Virus record (IMG/VR): IMGVR_UViG_3300024258_000017 | From: an uncultured virus (IMG/VR IMGVR_UViG_3300024258_000017) | Lineage: Duplodnaviria > Heunggongvirae > Uroviricota > Caudoviricetes | Length of the DNA: 20,000 nucleotides | Reading direction: 5' to 3' (one strand) | Shown: positions 8,058 to 15,969 of the stretch, piece after piece | Layout: the number at the start of each line of letters is the position of its first letter | Position numbering within the stretch: the stretch's first letter is position 1 | Notes under the pieces: model-generated | The model's input: only the letters and a program-made list of their open reading frames with translations | The model's database searches: none | Told to the model about the DNA's origin: nothing | Translations under genes and position numbers: made by a program

Positions 8058-8629
8058 TATAAAGACCTCTTGCAATCTCGTAGCCGTTCGAATATTTCTC
8101 CACCTGTTTTAGACCCTGTTGGAAAATATTGATAACCACGATTATTTGGAAGTTCCTTTATCTTCCCGATTAATTTTTTGTCTAAATATACCTTGAGATA
8201 AAAGATTTCTTTAAAGGTAACGCCTTTAGATAATGTTTCTCTCATTTTAACCTCCCAGTTAAACTTAAATAATTGTGATAAATCTTCTCTGACTTTAGGG
8301 TGAAGGGTTACTCGACCCTGAGATGTACAACCAACAGGTATAAAATATCCATCCTGTATCATCGTTGTCAACCGTTCAATAATCTTTTCAAGTGGTTGAA
8401 CTTCCAAATATTTTATGATGTTTTTGTATTGGTGTTTGAAGTCATGGAATTGAGCTGACATATTATCGTGCTTTATTACTTGGCTTATGCTCATAACAAA
8501 ACAGTTCGGTGCATCTTTTACCCGTTCAATGTTCGGATTATCAGGCAGTGATTCTATCCTTGTTGTGATGTATCGTTTAATATATTCAACCTGTTCAGAG
8601 ATACCGTCTATCTTTGAAATTAAATCCAT
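8057..8629 (-). CDS. Hypothetical protein, probable two-gene fusion with an internal start at 8245
   Basis: 190 aa with GGAGG upstream; an internal in-frame GGGAGGTTAAAATG lies at 8256-8243. Confidence 0.7.
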   Translation of the reverse strand: MDLISKIDGISEQVEYIKRYITTRIESLPDNPNIERVKDAPNCFVMSISQVIKHDNMSAQFHDFKHQYKNIIKYLEVQPLEKIIERLTTMIQDGYFIPVGCTSQGRVTLHPKVREDLSQLFKFNWEVKMRETLSKGVTFKEIFYLKVYLDKKLIGKIKELPNNRGYQYFPTGSKTGGEIFERLRDCKRSL

Positions 8630-8637
8630 GGTTTTTA

Positions 8638-8937
8638 TTATCCTCCCACTAATTTATTTGAAGGTGATGTAACTCCACCCTCAATAGATTGCATCGGTTC
8701 ACCGCACTCAGAAAATTCTCCATCACATTCATCAACCTTCTCACCGGAACCACAGGCACAAAGATCAGTACCCCAATTATTGACGCAGTAATTACAACTA
8801 CCATATTCAGAGACTATATCATTTTCATCTTCGTGTCCGTATGTGCTTATGAAGTCATCTTCTGGCATACTGAAATCACCACTATCTAAATGTACTGTCA
8901 TTGCACCGCATTGGCACGTTGAATATTCTACCCTCAT
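8638..8937 (-). CDS. Acidic Cys-rich metal-binding protein (SEC-C-like motif)
   Basis: CQC, CNYC and CACGSG......C......C motifs; ATGA coupling; GAGGA RBS. Confidence 0.7.
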   Translation of the reverse strand: MRVEYSTCQCGAMTVHLDSGDFSMPEDDFISTYGHEDENDIVSEYGSCNYCVNNWGTDLCACGSGEKVDECDGEFSECGEPMQSIEGGVTSPSNKLVGG

Positions 8938-9203
8938 GATTTATCCTCTACTTTTAATGATCTCATTACACCATTACATACTATCTTGCCCTGCCATCTC
9001 ATTCTTGACAAAGCCCTGATAACCTCGGCGGGTTTATAGTCCCTGTTCTCACAGATACCCATAACTAAATTGTGAAAATGTAATTCTCTGTCAACTGACA
9101 ACGCTTCAACAATCAGTGGGATAATTTCTTGAGTCACAGTCTCTTGATTAGCGAGTTCAATTTTTGCTCTTTCTTCTTTACTGTTAAACATGTTTACCCG
9201 CAT
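8934..9203 (-). CDS. Hypothetical protein, possible winged helix
   Basis: 89 aa (the true start may be 9191). PAEVIRALSRMRWQGKIV resembles a wHTH recognition helix and wing; tentative. Confidence 0.6.
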   Translation of the reverse strand: MRVNMFNSKEERAKIELANQETVTQEIIPLIVEALSVDRELHFHNLVMGICENRDYKPAEVIRALSRMRWQGKIVCNGVMRSLKVEDKS

Positions 9204-9528
9204 ACAAGTCAGTTAATATTTTCCCTGCATTTCTTGGAGTAAAATGCAAGTCCCGTTCTAATGGTAGTTCGGCAGACATATTCCCGAATGAAACATTGAT
9301 CTTGGTCTGTTCAATATCAAACTTTGATACAGACCCAACATCAACATCACTACCTCTGGCAATACACCAGATATAATCAAGGTTGTTAGGGTCTTGATTA
9401 ATCAGATACCAAGTTTCTCTCCCATAAGGATTAAATATTTTGGTAATGACATCCTGATTATCGAAGTCACTACCGAGTAGGAATTGTTTTTGAAGTAGTT
9501 CCTGATCTTTCTTTGTGAATAATTTCAC
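9184..9528 (-). CDS. DUF2958-like protein
   Basis: KIFNPYG..TWYL...DP....G.VS..DIE....LPLERDLHF matches the pattern I recall for DUF2958. GTG start after AGGAG. Confidence 0.7.
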   Translation of the reverse strand: MKLFTKKDQELLQKQFLLGSDFDNQDVITKIFNPYGRETWYLINQDPNNLDYIWCIARGSDVDVGSVSKFDIEQTKINVSFGNMSAELPLERDLHFTPRNAGKILTDLYAGKHV

Positions 9529-9530
9529 CG

Positions 9531-9734
9531 TTATCTCCTGCGATTAATTATCTGATTGAGTACATAAGTTGAATCTGTTACCAATATTCTTTTCTCACCC
9601 GAGCAATCCATATTATAGACCTTCCGATGATAGAATCTATTATCATAAACCTTTGTGATCCGGCATTCGTTATGAGTATCCAGTTTGATATCCCATGGAA
9701 GGATAAGAAATATTATGAGTAGTTTAATCTTCAT
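9531..9734 (-). CDS. Small secreted or membrane-anchored protein
   Basis: Likely start MKIKLLIIFLILPW at 9734, followed by a two-Cys domain. Confidence 0.5.
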   Translation of the reverse strand: MKIKLLIIFLILPWDIKLDTHNECRITKVYDNRFYHRKVYNMDCSGEKRILVTDSTYVLNQIINRRR

Positions 9735-9861
9735 CAGAAATACTACTGTCTGACTTGACATCGACCCTCGACAGGCTTCTTAATCCCTTGCCTATCCTAA
9801 ATAAACCAATCGCCAGAAATACTGCCATACATGTGAGACATGTTATTATTAGTATTGTCAT
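9724..9861 (-). CDS. Small single-TM protein (45 aa; not in ORF track)
   Basis: GGAG-N6-ATG; manual translation MTILIITCLTCMAVFLAIGLFRIGKGLRSLSRVDVKSDSSISDED. It fills the gap between neighbouring genes. Confidence 0.6.
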   Translation of the reverse strand: MTILIITCLTCMAVFLAIGLFRIGKGLRSLSRVDVKSDSSISDED

Positions 9862-9874
9862 TGTGTTCTCCGTT

Positions 9875-10480
9875 TTAATCTATTGGAATTTTGCTACCCT
9901 TACCATATATCGTTGGGAGTTCATCGAGTTCATAATTTTCCGTTGTCCCTAATTCTGCAATCACAGGGAGCAATGCTAATTCAAATTCATTATTATCATT
10001 TAGCGTCTTGATTGAATTTATAAAACTGTCAACTTCTTCCTGATTATAATAACAAACTTCTAATCGAATTTCTGTTACCAACTTGGGTTCTTCTTTACTC
10101 CTGTAATTTTTCGACCACCCCTCTGTTCTGGCTTTTTCTATTTGTTCAACGGGTGTCATGTTTGACCACTCCCTGAGAAAATCCAGTATTGCCTTATAGA
10201 GATCATCTTGAGATCGTATATCACCATCAGGAGAATGATACTTTGATAACATAGATATGGTATCACTGAATGATAATTTAAATAGCCCCGCTATTTTCAT
10301 AACTAATACCATTCGTTCACCGTCGCCATTGGCAATAGAAGACGCATGGTTTTTAAAATTACTGGCATTTACAAAACCTTTAAGTGGTGTACCCGGATAC
10401 TGAAAGGCAAAGATTATTTTATAATCATCGAATAGTTTTTCTCTTTCCAATAGTTGTTCTTTAGCTGTTTTGTTATCCAT
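9875..10480 (-). CDS. Hypothetical protein
   Basis: Start moved to MDNKTAK (10480), 1 nt after the upstream stop, with a GGAG RBS. Confidence 0.75.
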   Translation of the reverse strand: MDNKTAKEQLLEREKLFDDYKIIFAFQYPGTPLKGFVNASNFKNHASSIANGDGERMVLVMKIAGLFKLSFSDTISMLSKYHSPDGDIRSQDDLYKAILDFLREWSNMTPVEQIEKARTEGWSKNYRSKEEPKLVTEIRLEVCYYNQEEVDSFINSIKTLNDNNEFELALLPVIAELGTTENYELDELPTIYGKGSKIPID

Positions 10481-10481
10481 A

Positions 10482-10967
10482 TTATTTTTCTCTCCATTCT
10501 GATCTTTCGTTTTCTGTGAAATATTCATGTAGCTTGTTCATGGCAAGATTAAGCCTACCTAATATTTCTTCAGGTGTATGAGTCCTACCGCCTTCAGGAT
10601 AATGTTCTAAGTCATATCGTACTTCATCAATATCAGTCCATGCTTCCATGAGTTCATCTTTTGTGATGCTGTTTTTAGAATTCTCTTCAAGTTCTATTAT
10701 TCTTATCTTCAACTTGTCAATCTCTTCAAGTTTTGCACCATTAGCCATTGATCGTATGACCATCCAAAAGGCTTCCTTCGGGCTAATCCCAAGTTTCCCG
10801 TTCACTTCATCACAAAGTTCCTGTGCTACATCCTTATCCTTTCCCCAGTCATAATCAAGTTTATAGAATCCTGATTCACCTTCCTTTACGATACACACGA
10901 TAAACTTATCGTCATCAGTTTTTACCGTGTCCTGTATAAAATATGCCATCTTAGTTATTTTATCCAT
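10482..10967 (-). CDS. Hypothetical acidic protein with coiled coil
   Basis: Start moved to MDKITK (10967), a TAATG overlap. Confidence 0.75.
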   Translation of the reverse strand: MDKITKMAYFIQDTVKTDDDKFIVCIVKEGESGFYKLDYDWGKDKDVAQELCDEVNGKLGISPKEAFWMVIRSMANGAKLEEIDKLKIRIIELEENSKNSITKDELMEAWTDIDEVRYDLEHYPEGGRTHTPEEILGRLNLAMNKLHEYFTENERSEWREK

Positions 10968-11200
10968 TAATAATCCCATCCAAAAAATTCATACTTTACT
11001 CCGTAATGCTCTAATATAAGAGCCTTTAAATAATCTGCGTTCTCTTGAGAGTCAGGGTCATCGATCTGACACCATTCATTATCCAACAGGGATTCCATTA
11101 ATCCCCCGTCCTCCAACATTGGACAGCCGTATAATATTTCCTCGTCGAAGAGGTAATATGTTCCGGTTTTTTCATCAGCAATAATTTTGTGTACTGTCAT
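10967..11200 (-). CDS. Small highly acidic protein
   Basis: GGAGATTAAAATG gives start MTVHKI at 11200; D/E-rich. Confidence 0.75.
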   Translation of the reverse strand: MTVHKIIADEKTGTYYLFDEEILYGCPMLEDGGLMESLLDNEWCQIDDPDSQENADYLKALILEHYGVKYEFFGWDY

Positions 11201-11273
11201 TTTAATCTCCAATTAATTTAAAATTGTGTTCAGTCTATTATATATTTTTGCAAACTTTGTTCTTTGTTCATAA

Positions 11274-11474
11274 TTATAATGTCCTCTCAGATAAAATAAG
11301 TCCACTATGACTTACTACGATTGATTTTGTCCAACCGTTTTCACTTGGGGCTAATCCTCCGCCGTTTGCCTGAAATTCAAGCCCATCACAAATATTATTA
11401 GCAATTTCTTTTTGATTGTTGGCTGAATCAACGTCTTCCGAAAATTTGATTGATACCACAAAGGTTAATTCCAT
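11274..11474 (-). CDS. Hypothetical protein
   Basis: 66 aa, TAATG-coupled to the end of the AAA module. Confidence 0.7.
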   Translation of the reverse strand: MELTFVVSIKFSEDVDSANNQKEIANNICDGLEFQANGGGLAPSENGWTKSIVVSHSGLILSERTL

Positions 11475-11725
11475 TAGTTCATCCGATCCTGCAAATATTT
11501 TACCTCGAAGTTCAACGCTTCTGGTCTGGTCTTAAAACCTTCCGGCGGGCTTATTACCTCGCCTGTACTCGCAAGTTTGACGCTCCAAGTCTGAGTATCG
11601 TTATCGAATTCTACATTAGATGCTCTGGATACCTTCATCTTACCAAGCTGAGACAGATCAATTAAATCTGTGTACAGTGAATGAACATTACCGTTCGTGT
11701 CAATCATTAATTTAGTTCCTGACAT
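11474..11725 (-). CDS. Conserved-looking 83-aa protein of the DUF2997/DUF1257 neighbourhood
   Basis: GGAG-N9-ATG at 11725. The pattern IDxxGxVxxLYxDxIDLxxLG...RASxVE....W....F..RxEALxxEV.YL resembles small proteins I recall next to DUF2997 genes. Confidence 0.7.
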   Translation of the reverse strand: MSGTKLMIDTNGNVHSLYTDLIDLSQLGKMKVSRASNVEFDNDTQTWSVKLASTGEVISPPEGFKTRPEALNFEVKYLQDRMN

Positions 11726-11897
11726 TGATAGTTCTCCCTGATTTTTTGTAGTATTCAGATTTCTTTTTGACGTTGCCGGATTTTCCGAGCGCACGTTCAA
11801 GTTCAGCCGTTGCATCCTTGCATGATTTACCAGTGAATCCCGACGTTTCGATATTTGTTTTACCGTCGGTTTCGATAGTGATTTTAATTGTTTTCAT
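11712..11897 (-). CDS. DUF2997-family protein
   Basis: IKITIETDG...ETSGFTGKSCKDATAELERALG......SEYY signature; ATGA coupling. Confidence 0.88.
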   Translation of the reverse strand: MKTIKITIETDGKTNIETSGFTGKSCKDATAELERALGKSGNVKKKSEYYKKSGRTINVRN

Positions 11898-12265
11898 CTG
11901 ACCCCCAGAATTAATTCGACCTTACCGTTCTGCAAATTTCTACGTTGTACACGATAACCCTTCTTACGAGCCATCCTCATAGCTACATGGGTAGCATAGT
12001 TCTGTTTTAACAGATCAGCGTTTTGCCCTACACATCTGGCAACGTGTCCATCATACCAATCAGCTTGCAGTTTGTAACCGTTCTCAGATTTCTCAACAGT
12101 CATATCATATTTGCCTGAGAGTTTGATCACAATGTCAGCCTGTTTTGATCCGTAGTAATATCTGGCAGTGGTATTGCGTACCAGTTCAAAACCCATTTCT
12201 TTACAGGCATCTTCCAACGCCTGTAAATCTTTTATCTCAAGTTCAACATCTGTAAAATGTGACAT
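11894..12265 (-). CDS. DUF1257 (Ycf35-like) protein
   Basis: MSHFT.V...IKD..AL..A..EMG...ADWY....LKQNYA.....ARKKGY signature. Confidence 0.88.
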   Translation of the reverse strand: MSHFTDVELEIKDLQALEDACKEMGFELVRNTTARYYYGSKQADIVIKLSGKYDMTVEKSENGYKLQADWYDGHVARCVGQNADLLKQNYATHVAMRMARKKGYRVQRRNLQNGKVELILGVR

Positions 12266-12278
12266 AATTTATTTACCC

Positions 12279-13277
12279 TTAATCCATTTTGATTTTACGT
12301 TTCCAGTTACCTGTAACAGTGGAAACATCTGAAATATCAGCGCATGATTTCATGACGTTGTTCAATGTGCGCTTCAGTTTGCCCGTTGCTTTCTTGTTAT
12401 CTTTGTAAGTGATAACCCCTTTTAAACATGTCTTCCTGAGCGTGGCGAGTTGTTCACCAATGTCAGAATCACCCATGAAATTTAACATCTCAAATTTGTC
12501 AACGAATTTCCTGAGAGTGTTCAGGTTTTTTTCTGTTACAACTTCGCCCTTCTTGATTTTGTCAGTCACGAATGAACACGTCTTCACTGTTTCATCCCTC
12601 AGAGTCCCAACAACGTCACCTAAGAAGGTTTCAATCTCTCTTCGAGCGGTTGCCTGATATTCTCTGGACATTTTTTCGTTCAGTTCAGTTCGCTTGGCAA
12701 AAAATTGATTCGATCTCTTTTTGAAATTTGGTAGGTTCACCTCAAAAAATCTCCACTGTAAAGAGAATTTCAATTTCACAATTTGAGGATCAGGATATAG
12801 AGTCTCAATTTTTTTCGTGAATAATTCAGTGAATTCTTTTGGGGTTCTGGTTCTTTTTGCTCCGGTTCTCTTGTAGATGGCGGGCATACTTTTCTTGAAT
12901 TGAAACATCATGACCTTACGCATTTTGGGATACCCACGAATGAATGAATTGACTGTATCCGTGTACTCTTTTTGAAGTTCTGTTAATCCTTCGATCAATA
13001 CAGGTACAACGCTATCAGGTACAAACTTGGCATTCCCTATCGGGAAGGGGAAACTGTGCTGATCCACCAACGCCCTTGCACGGGATTCAATACGCCTGAA
13101 TGATTTCCTGTCATCAGATGGGATCAAATTCTTACGACCCAAAGTAATGAGTTCTGTTGAAATATCTTTTTGAGTAAATCCCAAATCGTCATGATTCAGT
13201 TTTACCTGACCAGTCCAAAACCTGATATTTAAATCTATCAGAATTCCTGACTTCATTATTTTTTCAATATGGTTCAA
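12279..13277 (-). CDS. DUF3150-like protein
   Basis: LNIRFWTGQVKL...LITLGRKNLI.....F..IESRAR..V.....PF.....FVP, then a helical C-terminus. TTG start after GAGGGT. Confidence 0.75.
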   Translation of the reverse strand: MNHIEKIMKSGILIDLNIRFWTGQVKLNHDDLGFTQKDISTELITLGRKNLIPSDDRKSFRRIESRARALVDQHSFPFPIGNAKFVPDSVVPVLIEGLTELQKEYTDTVNSFIRGYPKMRKVMMFQFKKSMPAIYKRTGAKRTRTPKEFTELFTKKIETLYPDPQIVKLKFSLQWRFFEVNLPNFKKRSNQFFAKRTELNEKMSREYQATARREIETFLGDVVGTLRDETVKTCSFVTDKIKKGEVVTEKNLNTLRKFVDKFEMLNFMGDSDIGEQLATLRKTCLKGVITYKDNKKATGKLKRTLNNVMKSCADISDVSTVTGNWKRKIKMD

Positions 13278-13312
13278 AGTGTTACCCTCAATTTACCCGT
13301 TGTTTTATTTGG

Positions 13313-13346
13313 CGGGGAGAGTGGCGGGTAAAATCCACCCTCCCCG
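13313..13346 (-). promoter_or_regulatory. Intergenic GC-rich RNA hairpin without U tract
   Basis: Minus strand CGGGGAGGGUGG-10 nt loop-CCACUCUCCCCG gives 12 bp with one G-U pair; it is followed by CCAAAUAAAA, not poly-U. Confidence 0.65.
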
Positions 13347-13362
13347 TTTGGTGACAACACAA

Positions 13363-14856
13363 TCAAATTGATATTTTCCGACGGCTTTTTATGTCGGAAA
13401 TTATTGTCGATGCGTTCCGTGCATGTATCTGCACCCATTCCCGCATTTTATCTAATTTTTGTTTCATCGATTTGCTCAGGGGTGTCATTTCTTTTATTGC
13501 TCCCATGATGTCAACCGTATTCAGTTCAGAATTATTTGAAAAGGCTTTGAACATGCCTGATATAATACAATTTTCAATCTCAGCACCGGAATATTCGTGT
13601 GTATGTTCAACCAGTATAGGCAGATCAAAGTTTTTTACGTCACGTTTATTTTTAGTGATATGAATTTTGAAAATTTCAAGACGTTCATGTTCATTGGGTA
13701 AATCCACAGCGAAAATCTGATCAAATCGTCCCGCCCTTAATAGTTCTGGCGGTAATTTTGTAATGTCATTCGCCGTTGCCACAATAAAAACGGGCTTGGT
13801 TCGTTCGTTCATCCATGTTATCAGTGTACCAAATACCCGAGACGTTACGCCCCCGTCGGTCTGACCCGAAGAGTTTATACCGGATAATCCTTTCTCAAGT
13901 TCATCAATCCACAGCACCGACGGACTCATTGACTCCGCCAAATCCAACGCCGTTCTCATGTTCTGTTCTGATTGACCCTGCAATGACCCAAATAATTTTC
14001 CCATGTCAAATTTCAGTAGTGGTAACTCCCAAGAATTTGCCACAGCTTTCGCCGTCAGGGATTTTCCACATCCGGGGACTCCCACAATCAAAATTCCTTT
14101 TGGTGATGGCAATCCAAATTCTTTTGCTTCGGTACTGAATGCAGTCTTACGCTGTGCAAGCCACATTTTCAGCACGTCCAGACCTCCAACGCTGTTCATG
14201 TTCTCTATGCACTGATAATATTCCAGTAGTCCCGATTTCTTAATGTTCTGTGCTTTCTCACGTTGAATAATCTCAGGACAAAAGTATTTCTTTTCTACAA
14301 GTGACAGAGCAAAGGCATTTTCAGCGTCAAATTCAGTCATACCGACGGCTGAATCACAAAGGTGATCAAAGCTACTGTTAATAAATTCAATTCCATTATC
14401 CTCAGCCATTCCGCTCAGGATATTTCCGAGTGACGTTCTATCTGGATACTCAAAATCAACGACCGTGATGTCCTTTTGCAGTTCTATTGGGATGTCCATC
14501 TGGGCGGACACAAAGATTATATATCGTGATGTCGCTTTGCAGAAATGCACCAAGTCTAAAATTGATTGAACGATCATAGGATCATCCATGTAATAATGAA
14601 AGTTGTGTATTACTAAAATTGTGTTCTCAGGAATACTTGAGATTGAGTTCAGGCAGGCAAGAGGATCAGATTCACCCTCTCCGGTTTTAGTTCCGTTCAG
14701 TTCCCAGCCTCTTGTTACCGTCCAACATGCAAAATTCAGCTTTTCAAGTTCAGAGATTCCACGAACTTGCTGTGAAATTCGATGAAGTTCATTTGTATTT
14801 ACGTTCATTACGGGATACCCCGCACGAATGTAATTTGTGATGTCAGTTTTAAACAT
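13363..14856 (-). CDS. Ycf46-type AAA+ ATPase (degenerate N-terminal AAA domain plus intact C-terminal domain)
   Basis: VGGLDVLKMWL, PKGILIVGVPGCGKS (Walker A), VLWIDELEK (Walker B), ATAN (sensor 1) and PPELLRAGRFD (SRH/Arg finger). The N-terminus has IRAGYP and LVIHNFH, as in the Ycf46 family. Confidence 0.93.
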   Translation of the reverse strand: MFKTDITNYIRAGYPVMNVNTNELHRISQQVRGISELEKLNFACWTVTRGWELNGTKTGEGESDPLACLNSISSIPENTILVIHNFHYYMDDPMIVQSILDLVHFCKATSRYIIFVSAQMDIPIELQKDITVVDFEYPDRTSLGNILSGMAEDNGIEFINSSFDHLCDSAVGMTEFDAENAFALSLVEKKYFCPEIIQREKAQNIKKSGLLEYYQCIENMNSVGGLDVLKMWLAQRKTAFSTEAKEFGLPSPKGILIVGVPGCGKSLTAKAVANSWELPLLKFDMGKLFGSLQGQSEQNMRTALDLAESMSPSVLWIDELEKGLSGINSSGQTDGGVTSRVFGTLITWMNERTKPVFIVATANDITKLPPELLRAGRFDQIFAVDLPNEHERLEIFKIHITKNKRDVKNFDLPILVEHTHEYSGAEIENCIISGMFKAFSNNSELNTVDIMGAIKEMTPLSKSMKQKLDKMREWVQIHARNASTIISDIKSRRKISI

Positions 14857-14870
14857 TTTACCCCTTTGTG

Positions 14871-15959
14871 TTAATCGTGAAGTCTTACAGGCATTAACAA
14901 AATAGTTGTATCCGTTCCAACCGGAAAAAATAATGTTGCTTGTAAAGAGTTACCGTATCTCATGATGAATTTTCCCGAGATATTTTTCAGTACGCTCAAG
15001 AGATACCACTTATTATATCCGATTGGTTCAGCGTTCCGGCATAGTGGCATTTTCTCACGTTCCATTTTAAATTCTTGGTGAATATTATTCGTTACCACTT
15101 TCCCCGTCATTCCAGATTTACCGACGGTTACAATCTGTGCATCGTTTTCGCTCAGGGTTCCAAGATTAAAATGTTCAAGATATTTCAGATTAAAATCCTT
15201 TATGTCAAACCTTTTTGACTTGGAATGTTTTGGAATGACGTTCTCATATTCAGGATACCTCATTTCATTCGTTCTGCAAATATATTTGAAGCCAGTTCCT
15301 GATATGATCACACGGTTCTCAATCCGGTTCCCTTCATCGACAAGCTGATTAATTGATACGGTATAATCCAATTTAAGTAGCTTCAATTTTGCCATGAATT
15401 TAACCGCATCGTTCGGGATTAATGCACGTTCACACTTTTTGTTTTTGGTATTGTGCTTAAATGCAGTTGTAATTAATTTGTGTCCGTCGGTAGCGCATAT
15501 CTCTGTTTTGCGCCCCGCTCTGACGTTCACACCGAGTAATTGAGATTTCATTTCATCAGTGGAGGTGAAAGGAAGAGAATCGATAATTCCCTGATTAATT
15601 TCGTCGTTCAGTTCAAAAGCTAATTTCATTTTTTGATCATGTGGATAATTGGGAAGTTCATTTTTATCTGCAATACAGCCAATTGATAATGGAATTCCGT
15701 TTATAGTAGGTAAAAAATCCTTACCCTTGAAATTGATTTCGTTCATGGGTTTTATCAGTGGTGTTTTTGGAATTGCGAATCCAAAAAATGATCCGTTCGT
15801 GGCTGAGTCAGGTTCTACCTGTAAATACCCCTCCAAATTAGTAGCAATGAATTTTCCTTTGTGGAAATACGCTTGCCCCAATACTGGCAGAGTTGATTTC
15901 TTGGGTATTACCAAGTTCAGCAATGCTAATTTTTGTTTTGAAAGTGTGGTCTTGTTCAT
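14871..15959 (-). CDS. dnaN: Divergent DNA polymerase III beta sliding clamp homolog
   Basis: Clamp motifs in the expected order: IPKKSTLPVL, ATNLE, ATDGHKL, YPEYENVIP, IGYNKWYLLSVL and terminal LLMPVR; 362 aa. Confidence 0.88.
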   Translation of the reverse strand: MNKTTLSKQKLALLNLVIPKKSTLPVLGQAYFHKGKFIATNLEGYLQVEPDSATNGSFFGFAIPKTPLIKPMNEINFKGKDFLPTINGIPLSIGCIADKNELPNYPHDQKMKLAFELNDEINQGIIDSLPFTSTDEMKSQLLGVNVRAGRKTEICATDGHKLITTAFKHNTKNKKCERALIPNDAVKFMAKLKLLKLDYTVSINQLVDEGNRIENRVIISGTGFKYICRTNEMRYPEYENVIPKHSKSKRFDIKDFNLKYLEHFNLGTLSENDAQIVTVGKSGMTGKVVTNNIHQEFKMEREKMPLCRNAEPIGYNKWYLLSVLKNISGKFIMRYGNSLQATLFFPVGTDTTILLMPVRLHD

Positions 15960-15969
15960 TTCACCCCTT

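Noticed and set aside
11213..11273. Sigma70 promoter in the gap (TTGCAA and TATAAT on the minus strand)
   Set aside because: The two hexamers are only 5 nt apart rather than about 17; a 13-codon mini-ORF there has no support either.
14871..15959. Chromosomal origin region implied by dnaN
   Set aside because: No dnaA, recF or gyrB and no DnaA-box cluster seen; the context is phage-like.
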